Assembly (NCBI GenBank): GCA_028289305.1
Contig: JANQQO010000101.1
Span: forward strand, 1-31,618
Length of the DNA: 31,618 nt
Origin: Rickettsiales bacterium
Lineage (GTDB): Bacteria > Pseudomonadota > Alphaproteobacteria > Rickettsiales > JANQQO01
Direction: 5' to 3'
The position numbers were made by a program, and so were the translations under genes. The notes under the pieces are model-generated. The model worked only from the letters and a program-made list of their open reading frames with translations, was not told where the DNA came from and searched no databases. Positions 9,247 to 17,871 of this stretch are shown here, piece by piece. Within the stretch, counting starts at the first letter, position 1. Each line of letters starts with the position of its first letter.

Positions 9247-10017
9247 ATGGACGATCCACTAAATATATCCATGGGATTCTGGGGAATGGCGACTATTGCC
9301 GTTTTTGTATTTATATTCATCACCAGTGGTATCCGTATCATGAAAGAGTATGAACGTGCAGTGGTTTATACTCTCGGGCGTTTTACATCCATTAAAGGTC
9401 CAGGACTAATTATTATCATCCCTGTTCTACAACAGGCTGTTAAAGTTGACATGCGTGTTAACGTCTTAGATGTGCCTCCGCAGGATGTTATATCAAAAGA
9501 TAACGTCTCTGTACGCGTAAATGCTGTTGTATACTACAAAGTTGTAGATTCTTTTAAGGCCATAAATGAAATTTCACACTTTCATGAAGCAACTAGCCAG
9601 TTAGCACAGACCACGTTACGTTCAATCCTCGGACAACATGAATTAGATGAAATGCTGTCTGAGAGAGATAAAATGAATGCCGATCTGCAAAAGATCCTGG
9701 ATAGCCAAACAGAGAACTGGGGTGTAAAAATTTCTAATGTTGAAATAAAACAGGTAGATTTGGATGAGTCGATGATTCGTGCTATTGCGAAGCAAGCAGA
9801 AGCTGAGCGTATTCGGCGAGCTAGGGTCATTGATGCAGAAGGAGAGTTCCAGGCAGCAGAAAAATTGAAACAAGCTGCCGGATTATTCAAAGGTAACCCT
9901 GAAGCGATGCAATTGCGTTATTTGTCAACATTGAGCAGCATTGCCGATGAAAAAAGCAGCACTATTGTATTTCCCTTCCCAACAAAAGGGTTAGAGAAAA
10001 TATTCGGACAGTCATAA
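9247..10017 (+). CDS. slipin / stomatin-like SPFH (band 7) protein
   Basis: 'EYERAVVYTLGR', 'PPQDVISKDNVSVRVNAVVY', 'SQLAQTTLRSILGQHELDEMLSER', 'MQLRYL.TL'; classic nfeD partner. Confidence 0.93.
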   Translation: MDDPLNISMGFWGMATIAVFVFIFITSGIRIMKEYERAVVYTLGRFTSIKGPGLIIIIPVLQQAVKVDMRVNVLDVPPQDVISKDNVSVRVNAVVYYKVVDSFKAINEISHFHEATSQLAQTTLRSILGQHELDEMLSERDKMNADLQKILDSQTENWGVKISNVEIKQVDLDESMIRAIAKQAEAERIRRARVIDAEGEFQAAEKLKQAAGLFKGNPEAMQLRYLSTLSSIADEKSSTIVFPFPTKGLEKIFGQS

Positions 10018-10068
10018 CGTGATTGGCTCACAAGGTCGTTAAAAAGATCTGCTGGTTTTTTTACTTTC

Positions 10069-10101
10069 TTCATCGTTTCTTCATATGGCCTATGGTAGCT
10101 T
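10069..10101 (+). promoter_or_regulatory. OmpR-family tandem box TTCA-N7-TTCA plus extended -10, upstream of pepSY-RR-HK
   Basis: TTCATC gtttc TTCATA (10069-10085), 10 nt, TGG-TAGCTT (-10 at 10096-10101). Same geometry as 12459-12491. Confidence 0.65.
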
Positions 10102-10107
10102 GGGCAT

Positions 10108-10491
10108 ATGAAAGTCGTACATGTCACATGTATTATTTTGCTGCTTAGCCTTACAGTAAGCGCCCCTGTATCTGCTGCATGCGTAGGTAGTATATGCACA
10201 GGAGCAGGGCTCTCCGGTGGCATCATCTCTAATATCCAAGAACAATTTGATGGGCGTATTGTCGGCATCAATAAGCTGTTTGATGACGAAGAAAGCACGT
10301 GTGAACCTCGCACTTATGAAGTTATCATTGATGGGGATCCTCAAACTGCATACGGCGTTGCCTGCCTACAGCCTGACGGTACTTGGAAAATGCAGAATCA
10401 TTACGAGGTCCAGGTACTTAATGCTGAAGGCGAGATTTCTATTGTCACCGTAGATGGTAGTACGGGAAATATAGAAGAGGTGGAAGAGTGA
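10108..10491 (+). CDS. secreted PepSY-domain protein with a cysteine-bounded insert
   Basis: Signal peptide; PepSY halves 'NIQEQFDGRIVGINKL' and 'YEVQVLNAEGEISIVTVDGSTGNI'; PepSY genes commonly precede PhoPQ/FeuPQ-type pairs. Confidence 0.7.
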   Translation: MKVVHVTCIILLLSLTVSAPVSAACVGSICTGAGLSGGIISNIQEQFDGRIVGINKLFDDEESTCEPRTYEVIIDGDPQTAYGVACLQPDGTWKMQNHYEVQVLNAEGEISIVTVDGSTGNIEEVEE

Positions 10492-11153
10492 AGGTATTGA
10501 TTGTTGAAGACGATAAAGAAATAGCAAACCAGCTCTCAGACTACCTTACTGAACATGGTTTTGTTACCCAGACTTCCTATACAGGTGAAGATGGTCAGTT
10601 TGAAGGAAGTGCTGGTGAATATGATGCGGTCTTATTAGACATAGGGCTGCCAGAAATAGACGGACTCTCTATTTTGCGAGGATGGCGTGAAGATGGCATT
10701 AAAACGCCTGTTATTATTTTAACGGCGCGCACCAGTAAGATGGAAACAGTGCAGGGATTGGAGGCGGGTGCTGATGACTATATTCACAAACCATTTGATA
10801 TAGAAGAAGTTGTTGCCAGGCTGAGGGTTAATATTCGTCGATATAAAGGGCATACAGGCAATATACTAAAATACAAGAATGTTACACTGGATCATAATAC
10901 AGGTCGTATATCACGAGACGACCAATTCATAAAATTAACACGTACTGAATTTCTCATGACACAATATTTATTTTTGAACCAAGGGCGACCAATAAGTGCT
11001 AGTGAGCTTGCTGAACATGCCTATGATGATTTTGACAACGACTCTGGTATTATTGCTCGCCATATTGCGAATATACGAAAAAAACTAGGAACAGACGTTA
11101 TTAGAACGGAAACCAATCGAGGCTATTATGTTCCGTTGGATAAAGAATCCTAG
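10488..11153 (+). CDS. OmpR/PhoP-family response regulator (FeuP-like)
   Basis: 'VLIVEDD', phospho-Asp 'LLDIGLP', 'PVIILTAR', 'GADDYIHKPF', winged helix 'LTRTEF', 'TNRGY'. Confidence 0.95.
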   Translation: MKVLIVEDDKEIANQLSDYLTEHGFVTQTSYTGEDGQFEGSAGEYDAVLLDIGLPEIDGLSILRGWREDGIKTPVIILTARTSKMETVQGLEAGADDYIHKPFDIEEVVARLRVNIRRYKGHTGNILKYKNVTLDHNTGRISRDDQFIKLTRTEFLMTQYLFLNQGRPISASELAEHAYDDFDNDSGIIARHIANIRKKLGTDVIRTETNRGYYVPLDKES

Positions 11154-12450
11154 ATCACTCAAACAACACGTCGTTGTTATTTCCATCATTACTGCGCTGC
11201 TTCTTACCAGCCTCTCAGGTGTGGCAATTATCTGGTCGTTTCACCAATCGATGGATCGCTTATTATTAGGATACCTGACTGCATATAGTGATGTATTAAT
11301 AGCAGCAACCCGAATAGAAAATGGCAAGGTAATATTTAAAAATCCTCAGTCCCTTGCCAACTTACCGCGTTATTGGCAAGTCACCACCCCACAAAACCAT
11401 ATTGCAAAATCTCCTACGTTAAGCCGTTTTCTAGAGACAAAAAACAGAACGGCCTTTTTTACCTTTAAATCCCAAAATGGGGAGGAGATAGTGGCCATCA
11501 CAAAAACGGTTACTTTCCCAAGAAACGTAGAAGTTACCTATCTCTCAGGCATGCAGTCAGGCATTGCATTTGCGTTCCTCGAACAAGAAAAACAGGCATT
11601 TTACACCAAAATATCTATGGTATTAGGCGGGCTCATGATGGCGTTTATTCTGCTTTCTTTGCTTTACGTACACATTATCACAAGCCCATTTGAGCGCATA
11701 AAAAACGCCCTTAGTGATATACGTAGCAGCAAAAAGAAGCGTCTAGGGAAGGATTTTCCGAAAGAAATCCAGCCGATGGCCCATGAGATTAACATGCTGT
11801 TGGATTATAATAAGGGCATTATCGAACGCTATCAAACTTTTGCAGGCAATCTTTCTCATGCCCTTAAGACACCGCTTTCTGTACTGAAGAATGAAGCCTC
11901 TTCTTCAAAATCCACTTTGGCAAAAAAAGTACTAGAGAAGGTGGAAATCATGCAAAAACTTGTTGACCGCAATCTTGCACGAGTCAAAGCAACAGGTAAT
12001 ACAGGGATTTTAGGCGCTGATATTACGATATATCCCACCATCGCACGTATCGCAAAAAATTTTGGAAAACTACATAACAAAGTGGTCAAGACCGAAGGTG
12101 ATGAAAATCTGCGTTTTCAAGGAAATGACGGTGATCTATATGAAATGGTAGGCAATATCGTTGAAAACGCCTGCATATACGCATGCGAGTATGTGCACAT
12201 TACACTTACCGAAGAAGACGATGATATACATATTATTGTGGAAGATGATGGACCAGGCATACCAGAAGAAAAACAGTATGATATTTTGGGTCGTGGTACA
12301 CGTCTTGATGAAGCCACTCCTGGTACGGGTATCGGCCTGGCGATTACGCAAGACCTGGTAGAGCTATATGAAGGAAAGATAGTATTGGGAAAATCGACAT
12401 TAGGGGGATTGAAGGTAGCTGTGATTTTGCCTCAGTTGAATTTTGTATGA
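11128..12450 (+). CDS. sensor histidine kinase (PhoQ/FeuQ-like)
   Basis: Two TMs, HAMP 'FPKEIQPMAHEIN', H-box 'LSHALKTPL', N-box 'GNIVENA', G-boxes 'EDDGPGI', 'GTGIGL'. Confidence 0.95.
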   Translation: MFRWIKNPRSLKQHVVVISIITALLLTSLSGVAIIWSFHQSMDRLLLGYLTAYSDVLIAATRIENGKVIFKNPQSLANLPRYWQVTTPQNHIAKSPTLSRFLETKNRTAFFTFKSQNGEEIVAITKTVTFPRNVEVTYLSGMQSGIAFAFLEQEKQAFYTKISMVLGGLMMAFILLSLLYVHIITSPFERIKNALSDIRSSKKKRLGKDFPKEIQPMAHEINMLLDYNKGIIERYQTFAGNLSHALKTPLSVLKNEASSSKSTLAKKVLEKVEIMQKLVDRNLARVKATGNTGILGADITIYPTIARIAKNFGKLHNKVVKTEGDENLRFQGNDGDLYEMVGNIVENACIYACEYVHITLTEEDDDIHIIVEDDGPGIPEEKQYDILGRGTRLDEATPGTGIGLAITQDLVELYEGKIVLGKSTLGGLKVAVILPQLNFV

Positions 12451-12458
12451 ATTTTTTC

Positions 12459-12491
12459 TTCATCAAGCATTCAACCATGGGGTGGTATAAC
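12459..12491 (+). promoter_or_regulatory. second TTCA-N7-TTCA box plus extended -10, upstream of the OMP operon
   Basis: TTCATC aagca TTCAAC (12459-12475), 10 nt, TGG-TATAAC (-10 at 12486-12491). Confidence 0.65.
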
Positions 12492-12533
12492 TCAACATAA
12501 TTAGTTTTTTACTTAGTAACTTATGGAGAGTTT

Positions 12534-13130
12534 ATGCGTTTACGTTCTTATGGATTAGCAGCGGGAATAGTTGCACTCTGCTTCGCTTCAGATGTGCAAG
12601 CAGCCAACAATAATGAACAAGAAGGTGCATATATAGCATTTAATACATTTGGAGTTTCACTAGGAGATCAGGACTTCACTGTTTCAGGTGCGGGCACAAC
12701 AGAACTGAGCTATGATTTTGGTTACGGCTTGGGCGCTGCTCTTGGGTATAGCTTTGGTAACGGAGTGCGGGCAGAAGGCGAGTTCGCATGGCGATCTAAT
12801 GAGCTAGATTCTTCAATCGCCAGTGGGGATCTAGATTCATTTGCAGGAATGGTTAATGGGTACTACGACATCCATAATACTAGCAAGTGGACACCCTATG
12901 TTGGTGCCGGTATAGGGCTGGCGCATGTAACAGATAGTGATGTTGATGACAATGTCTTTGCTTATCAAGGTATGGCCGGTGTTGGCTATACCGTATCGGA
13001 AACAAGCGACCTAGTGCTTGGCTATCGTTACTTTGCTACAGAAGACCCTGAATATACTATTTCTGGTAGTACCGTAGAAACGTCATACGACACACACAAC
13101 ATTGAAATTGCTTGGCGTTATAGATTCTAG
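12534..13130 (+). CDS. 8-stranded outer-membrane beta-barrel protein (OmpA-like/Omp25/Msp4-type)
   Basis: Signal peptide; 'GAALGYSFGNGVRAEGE', 'MVNGYYD', 'TPYVGAGIG', 'FAYQGMAGVGY'; terminal Phe 'RYRF'. Confidence 0.9.
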   Translation: MRLRSYGLAAGIVALCFASDVQAANNNEQEGAYIAFNTFGVSLGDQDFTVSGAGTTELSYDFGYGLGAALGYSFGNGVRAEGEFAWRSNELDSSIASGDLDSFAGMVNGYYDIHNTSKWTPYVGAGIGLAHVTDSDVDDNVFAYQGMAGVGYTVSETSDLVLGYRYFATEDPEYTISGSTVETSYDTHNIEIAWRYRF

Positions 13131-13161
13131 ATAGTAATTTAAAAATTGGCCCCCTTAAGAA

Positions 13162-14403
13162 ATGCGACCCATTATCACCACATTAGCGCTACTGTTACTC
13201 TTACTCCTTGCTGGGTGTACGACAACACGGGATGTTAAGCCGCTCACGCATGTGGATCATGATTATGGGCAAACAGAAGATGAACAGCGCTTATTCAAAC
13301 GCTCACAGGAGACACATCAAGAACTCGAGAGAAAGGGATATATACTAAAAGACCCTGAGATAACGACGTATATTGAGCGTATCGCCCGTCCTTTAGTTCC
13401 TAAACAAGCAGCAAAAGCAGGCAATTTTAGGTTTTATGTGGTGCGCGACCCAACCGTTAATGCATTTGCTATGCCAAATGGGGGCATTTACTTACATCTT
13501 GGCTTACTCGCCCGTCTAGAAAATGAGCTACAACTTGCTCATTTATTAGCACATGAAATTACACATGTTGTCAAAAGACATGGCCTTAGAGGGTACGATG
13601 AAAGACGCTGGAAAACGACCACAGGAAACATCATGGGTGCATTTATAGGACCGACTCTAGGAGAGCTTCCTTTTGTGGCATCTATCGCTAGTCATAAGCG
13701 TGAATATGAAGAAGAGGCAGATGCTATGGCTTTAGATATACTTTCAAATAATGGATATAACATCACTAATGCGCCTGCGTTTTTTGATGTGCTAGAGGAG
13801 GTTAAAAACCCCGAACGTGTCGAGGGTTCTATCTGGAGCAGCCACCCAGACAGTAAAAAGCGTAAGGCAAGTGCTATAGCTATCGTACAAAGTGGTACCA
13901 TCGCCGTTAACCCAAAAGGAAGAGTGGGTAAGAAAGCATATGAGAAAGTGCGTACAAAATTGGTTAAGGCCAATCTTGATATGCAGCTGCTATCTAAACA
14001 CTATTCACTTGCATTGGAGGCGATAGATCGAGAACTTCGCTTCCACCCACAAGATGCCGAACTGTTCTACTATCGTGGCGAAGTATTTCACCGTATGTTT
14101 TCTGACCCTGAAGGTGCGGCACAAGAATATGCCTGGCTTTACGACAAAACCTTTGATGACGAGTTAAAGAAAAAGTTCACACAACGGAAGGGTGAGTTTT
14201 CTCGCGGTGCTCACCAAGCTTATAATAAAGCAATTAAGCTTAATGGTATAACAAACGCATATAGAGGTAAGGGGCTTTTGGCATATAAACAAAAACAATT
14301 TTCTGACGCCATTCCACTACTAGAGCATTATTTATCACACGGTAAAAATATTCGTGATCGTCGTTATATCACCCGTATTATTCAGGAGATGAGGAAGACA
14401 TGA
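13162..14403 (+). CDS. M48-family zinc metalloprotease lipoprotein with C-terminal TPR-like region (BepA-like)
   Basis: Lipobox LAGC; 'VNAFAMPNGGIY..GLL', HEXXH 'LAHEITH', 'EEEAD', 'SSHP'; helical repeats at the C-terminus. Confidence 0.88.
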   Translation: MRPIITTLALLLLLLLAGCTTTRDVKPLTHVDHDYGQTEDEQRLFKRSQETHQELERKGYILKDPEITTYIERIARPLVPKQAAKAGNFRFYVVRDPTVNAFAMPNGGIYLHLGLLARLENELQLAHLLAHEITHVVKRHGLRGYDERRWKTTTGNIMGAFIGPTLGELPFVASIASHKREYEEEADAMALDILSNNGYNITNAPAFFDVLEEVKNPERVEGSIWSSHPDSKKRKASAIAIVQSGTIAVNPKGRVGKKAYEKVRTKLVKANLDMQLLSKHYSLALEAIDRELRFHPQDAELFYYRGEVFHRMFSDPEGAAQEYAWLYDKTFDDELKKKFTQRKGEFSRGAHQAYNKAIKLNGITNAYRGKGLLAYKQKQFSDAIPLLEHYLSHGKNIRDRRYITRIIQEMRKT

Positions 14404-15149
14404 AAAAATATGCATATATCATTCTCTTACTATTCCTGACAACCGCATGCGGCACCGTAGAACGACGTCACCCTGCTTTTGATGATGCTTTTAAGAAATA
14501 TCATTCTGTTGCTATTTTACCGCCTGAAGTAACAGTAAAATACGTGCAGTTTGATGGAGATAACAAGCGTCTCTCAGAACTTGAAGGGCGTATTACACAG
14601 GAGTTGTTTCAAGAAACCGCAAAGCTATTACAAGAGAAAAAATATAGAGTGTTGCCATTTAACTTTGAGGAAGCGTTCCGACAGCACGACGGTTTAAGCT
14701 TTGAGTTCGAAAAACTAAAATCCATCCATACGTCTCTCATACAAGAAATATACCCCGACTATAGTGTGAGCTTACAAAAATCGGTTGAAGAGGCGTATGC
14801 AACAAAAAAGAGTGTAGGACCCATTGTGAACCAATTTGCCGATATGGCCAACGCCGATATGTTGCTAATAACTAATTATAACGGATTTGAGAAATCAAGT
14901 GGTCTGATTGCAAAGGACATAATTTTTCGTACTGTTCTGCACTCTGTTACAAATAGTTATGGTGGCCCCTCCGATATAGGAGGAGGAAGGCTCGTTGCTG
15001 CACTGCTAGATGGCACCACGGGCGATATATTATGGGTAAATATCGGTAGTGAGTTATACCATCCTCCCTTTACAGGAGAGCTTGGTGCAAAAGACGCCGT
15101 AGAAATGGCGTTAGAGCCCTTGCCAGAGAGAACACCACCACCCCGATAA
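14400..15149 (+). CDS. lipoprotein of unknown function (CsgG/LpoB-like fold suspected)
   Basis: Lipobox TTAC; 'SVAILPP', 'ADMLLIT', 'LLDGTTGDILW'; ATGA overlap with the M48 gene. Confidence 0.7.
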   Translation: MKKYAYIILLLFLTTACGTVERRHPAFDDAFKKYHSVAILPPEVTVKYVQFDGDNKRLSELEGRITQELFQETAKLLQEKKYRVLPFNFEEAFRQHDGLSFEFEKLKSIHTSLIQEIYPDYSVSLQKSVEEAYATKKSVGPIVNQFADMANADMLLITNYNGFEKSSGLIAKDIIFRTVLHSVTNSYGGPSDIGGGRLVAALLDGTTGDILWVNIGSELYHPPFTGELGAKDAVEMALEPLPERTPPPR

Positions 15150-15199
15150 AATAAAATCCATTATTATCAATGTGTTAATGGCAAACAAGGAGGATTACT

Positions 15200-17635
15200 A
15201 TGTCTATTATTAAAGGAACAAACACCAGTGAGACCCTGATAGGGAAAGATGGTGATGATATTATTTATGGCCTTGCTGGTGGAGATACCATTTTAGGCCA
15301 AGGTGGAAATGATCTTATTTATGGTGATGTGCTACCGACTTCTTTAATACTACAAAGCGATCTTTCGCGCTTCAAAGCAACTAATAATATCCAAGTAACC
15401 GATATAGATACCTCACGCTTTACCGAGGATAGCCTTGCTCCTGTTCCAGGGGCATTGTTTATGCCTGTATATGATGACTCTATTATGGGTGGCGATGGTG
15501 ATGATACCATTTATGGTAATCAAGGCGATGACTCGCTCGATGGTGGTACGGGTAACGATTCTATTATTGGTGGCACGGGAGCTGATGCGCTAATAAGCTC
15601 TGCTGGGGATGACACGTTGATAGGCGGTAATGGCGCTGACCTGTTCCGTGTTAGTTCTATATCTACTAATTCAGATAATGTGATTATTGCTGATTTCGTC
15701 AACGGTACAGATACACTAATCCTTGATAATGATGCGATAGATGATGCAAGTACGGCTGCCACAGATTTCTCAGTGACAATTAATAACGAAGCCGGCGGTG
15801 ATATTACCTTTAGTGCACCTGGTAAAAATGGCGACAACGTGGTCTTAACCGGCCTGGCAGGAGCTGGTGAAATAATCGAAGTGCGCGCTGATGATGGTAG
15901 CTTCATCAAGGTTAATACTGGTGGTACTGCAACGCTCTTAGGCAATGATGGCGCAAATCTATCCCTAGGTGCCGGCACGGATGACCTACTCATTGCTGGT
16001 ACAAGCGGCGATCTGCTTGCCGGTCTTGACGGCAACGACAAGCTGCTCGGCAATACCGGTAATGACAGCCTTTTTGGTGGTAGCGGTGATGATAGGCTGA
16101 TTGGTGCTGCAAGCGCTGATACCCTTTTCGGCGGTTCGGGTGTTGATACGCTCATTGGAGGTGATGGCGATGACATCATCGATGTGGGTGGCGATAGAAA
16201 CAATGATGTGGATGCGGGTGCGGGTGATGACCAAGTAACACTGGTTGCTGCAAACACCACACAAGAAATAGAAGGTGGCACAGGCAATGACACCTTGATC
16301 CTAACCGCAATTGCAGACACTACCTATGATTTTAACGGGGATATCGCTGCCAATGATATCCTTGGTTTTGAAACCATTGTGGCAAATGGTACGGATATCA
16401 CCACTATTAACTTTAATGGTAGCTATGTAACGGCTGGAGACATCATCTCCACCGATACCATTACCATTGATGCACGTAATATCACGGTGAACGCTGCTGC
16501 TGATGACTACCTGGTAGTAACCAGCCAGGCTGATGCGGTTGTAAAACTCAACATCACTGGTAGTGACGGTGACGACATCATTGATCTGACACAGACACGA
16601 AATCATACTACCGTCTCCGGTGGCGATGGCGAGGATAATGTGGTTGGTACTGCTTTCCGTGATTCCTTAACTGGGGGTGATGGTAACGATACTATTCATG
16701 GCCGCGGGAGCAACGACACCATAATAGGCGGTAGCGGACACGATATGCTGTATGGTGGTTTTGAAAATGACCTTCTTATCAGTGGTAGCGGCGCCGATAG
16801 CCTTTTTGGTGAGTTTGGCGTTGATACATTAGTGAGTACCGCCGGAGATGATATACTAACGGGCGGCGCGGGCAGTGATTTTATGCGTGTGCACACGGTG
16901 GCAAGCGATTCTGATATTATTGTTATTTCCGACTTCGAAAATGGTGGCGACACACTAATCCTCGATAATGATGCAATAGATGATGCAAGTGCCGCCGCAA
17001 CAGCGTTTACGGTAACTATCGATGATGTAGCGGGCAATGTTACATTTAGTACTTCTGGTGAGAATGCCGATAAGGTGGTTTTACAGGGTTTAGCGGAAAC
17101 CAATCAGATAATCGTGGTACGTGCGGATGACGGAAGCTTCATTAAAATCAACAATACGGATAGCTCAGTAGGTCTTGTGGGCAATGATGGTACAAATCTG
17201 TCACTTGGTGTTGGCAATGATGACCTGCTGATTGCGGGTGCGAGTGGTGATATTCTTTCTGGGATCGATGGAAACGATAAACTCATTAGCAATGACGGTA
17301 ATGATAGTCTATCTGGTGGTAGCGGTAATGATACATTGGTGGGCTCTGCTGGTAACGATACACTTGTCGGCAACACGGGAAGCGACATTTTTGAGTTTGT
17401 CAGAACATCTGCCAACAATGGTAACACTGTAATAGCCGACTTTACGCAAGGCCAGGATACATTATCGTTTAAGGATTATGGTTTTACCTCAATGGAAGAC
17501 CTATCCATAACACAGCAGGATGAAGGAGCGCGTATTACTCTATTCCTAGAGGAGTGGTCATCCGTAGCATCCATAACACTAGCAGGTGTGCATATAGACG
17601 CGTTAACTGAGGGTGATTTTGTCTTCACAAGCTAA
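15200..17635 (+). CDS. RTX / hemolysin-type calcium-binding repeat protein
   Basis: Many GGxGxDxLx nonapeptides; C-terminal 'IADFTQGQDTL' secretion-type tail; GGAGG upstream. Confidence 0.9.
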   Translation: MSIIKGTNTSETLIGKDGDDIIYGLAGGDTILGQGGNDLIYGDVLPTSLILQSDLSRFKATNNIQVTDIDTSRFTEDSLAPVPGALFMPVYDDSIMGGDGDDTIYGNQGDDSLDGGTGNDSIIGGTGADALISSAGDDTLIGGNGADLFRVSSISTNSDNVIIADFVNGTDTLILDNDAIDDASTAATDFSVTINNEAGGDITFSAPGKNGDNVVLTGLAGAGEIIEVRADDGSFIKVNTGGTATLLGNDGANLSLGAGTDDLLIAGTSGDLLAGLDGNDKLLGNTGNDSLFGGSGDDRLIGAASADTLFGGSGVDTLIGGDGDDIIDVGGDRNNDVDAGAGDDQVTLVAANTTQEIEGGTGNDTLILTAIADTTYDFNGDIAANDILGFETIVANGTDITTINFNGSYVTAGDIISTDTITIDARNITVNAAADDYLVVTSQADAVVKLNITGSDGDDIIDLTQTRNHTTVSGGDGEDNVVGTAFRDSLTGGDGNDTIHGRGSNDTIIGGSGHDMLYGGFENDLLISGSGADSLFGEFGVDTLVSTAGDDILTGGAGSDFMRVHTVASDSDIIVISDFENGGDTLILDNDAIDDASAAATAFTVTIDDVAGNVTFSTSGENADKVVLQGLAETNQIIVVRADDGSFIKINNTDSSVGLVGNDGTNLSLGVGNDDLLIAGASGDILSGIDGNDKLISNDGNDSLSGGSGNDTLVGSAGNDTLVGNTGSDIFEFVRTSANNGNTVIADFTQGQDTLSFKDYGFTSMEDLSITQQDEGARITLFLEEWSSVASITLAGVHIDALTEGDFVFTS
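15630..17330 (+). repeat. internal duplication in the RTX gene (two copies, offset 1239 bp)
   Basis: 'DTLILDNDAIDDAS.AAT.F.VTI' and 'VRADDGSFIK' occur twice; DNA 15710-15764 closely matches 16949-17003. Confidence 0.85.
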
Positions 17636-17658
17636 GTACTACCTACATACTTCCTGAA

Positions 17659-17690
17659 AGGGTGCTGCATTCGTGCGGCACCCTCTTTTC
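17659..17690 (+). terminator. intrinsic terminator after the RTX gene
   Basis: Stem AGGGTGCTGCA / TGCGGCACCCT with TTCG loop, followed by CTTTTC. Confidence 0.75.
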
Positions 17691-17871
17691 TCAGCTATTC
17701 CTTGCTAAGTGTACTGCTGTATGCTGATCCGGAATTATTATTTACTAAACTAGGATGGTTTGGTTTTGGGGCTGTAGTAGCTAAGACCTAAAAAGAAGGG
17801 TGAGTAACTGTTAACGAGCGTTTGTGAGTAGCGCAACCTCGGTGCGGTGAGGTTGGATGATGAGGTAGTAC

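Noticed and set aside
10030-10065. Hairpin plus T-run after slipin as a terminator
   Set aside because: Stem is almost entirely A-U/G-U and too weak to call.
15164-15178. TTAT-N7-TTAA near-CtrA box upstream of the RTX gene
   Set aside because: Mismatch in an AT-rich gap and no room for a -10 before the RBS.
15319-17432. Several long minus-strand ORFs (e.g. 15520-16320, 16696-17103, 17104-17427)
   Set aside because: Antisense shadows of Gly/Asp/Asn-rich RTX repeats (Ser/Pro-rich, no RBS or family motifs).
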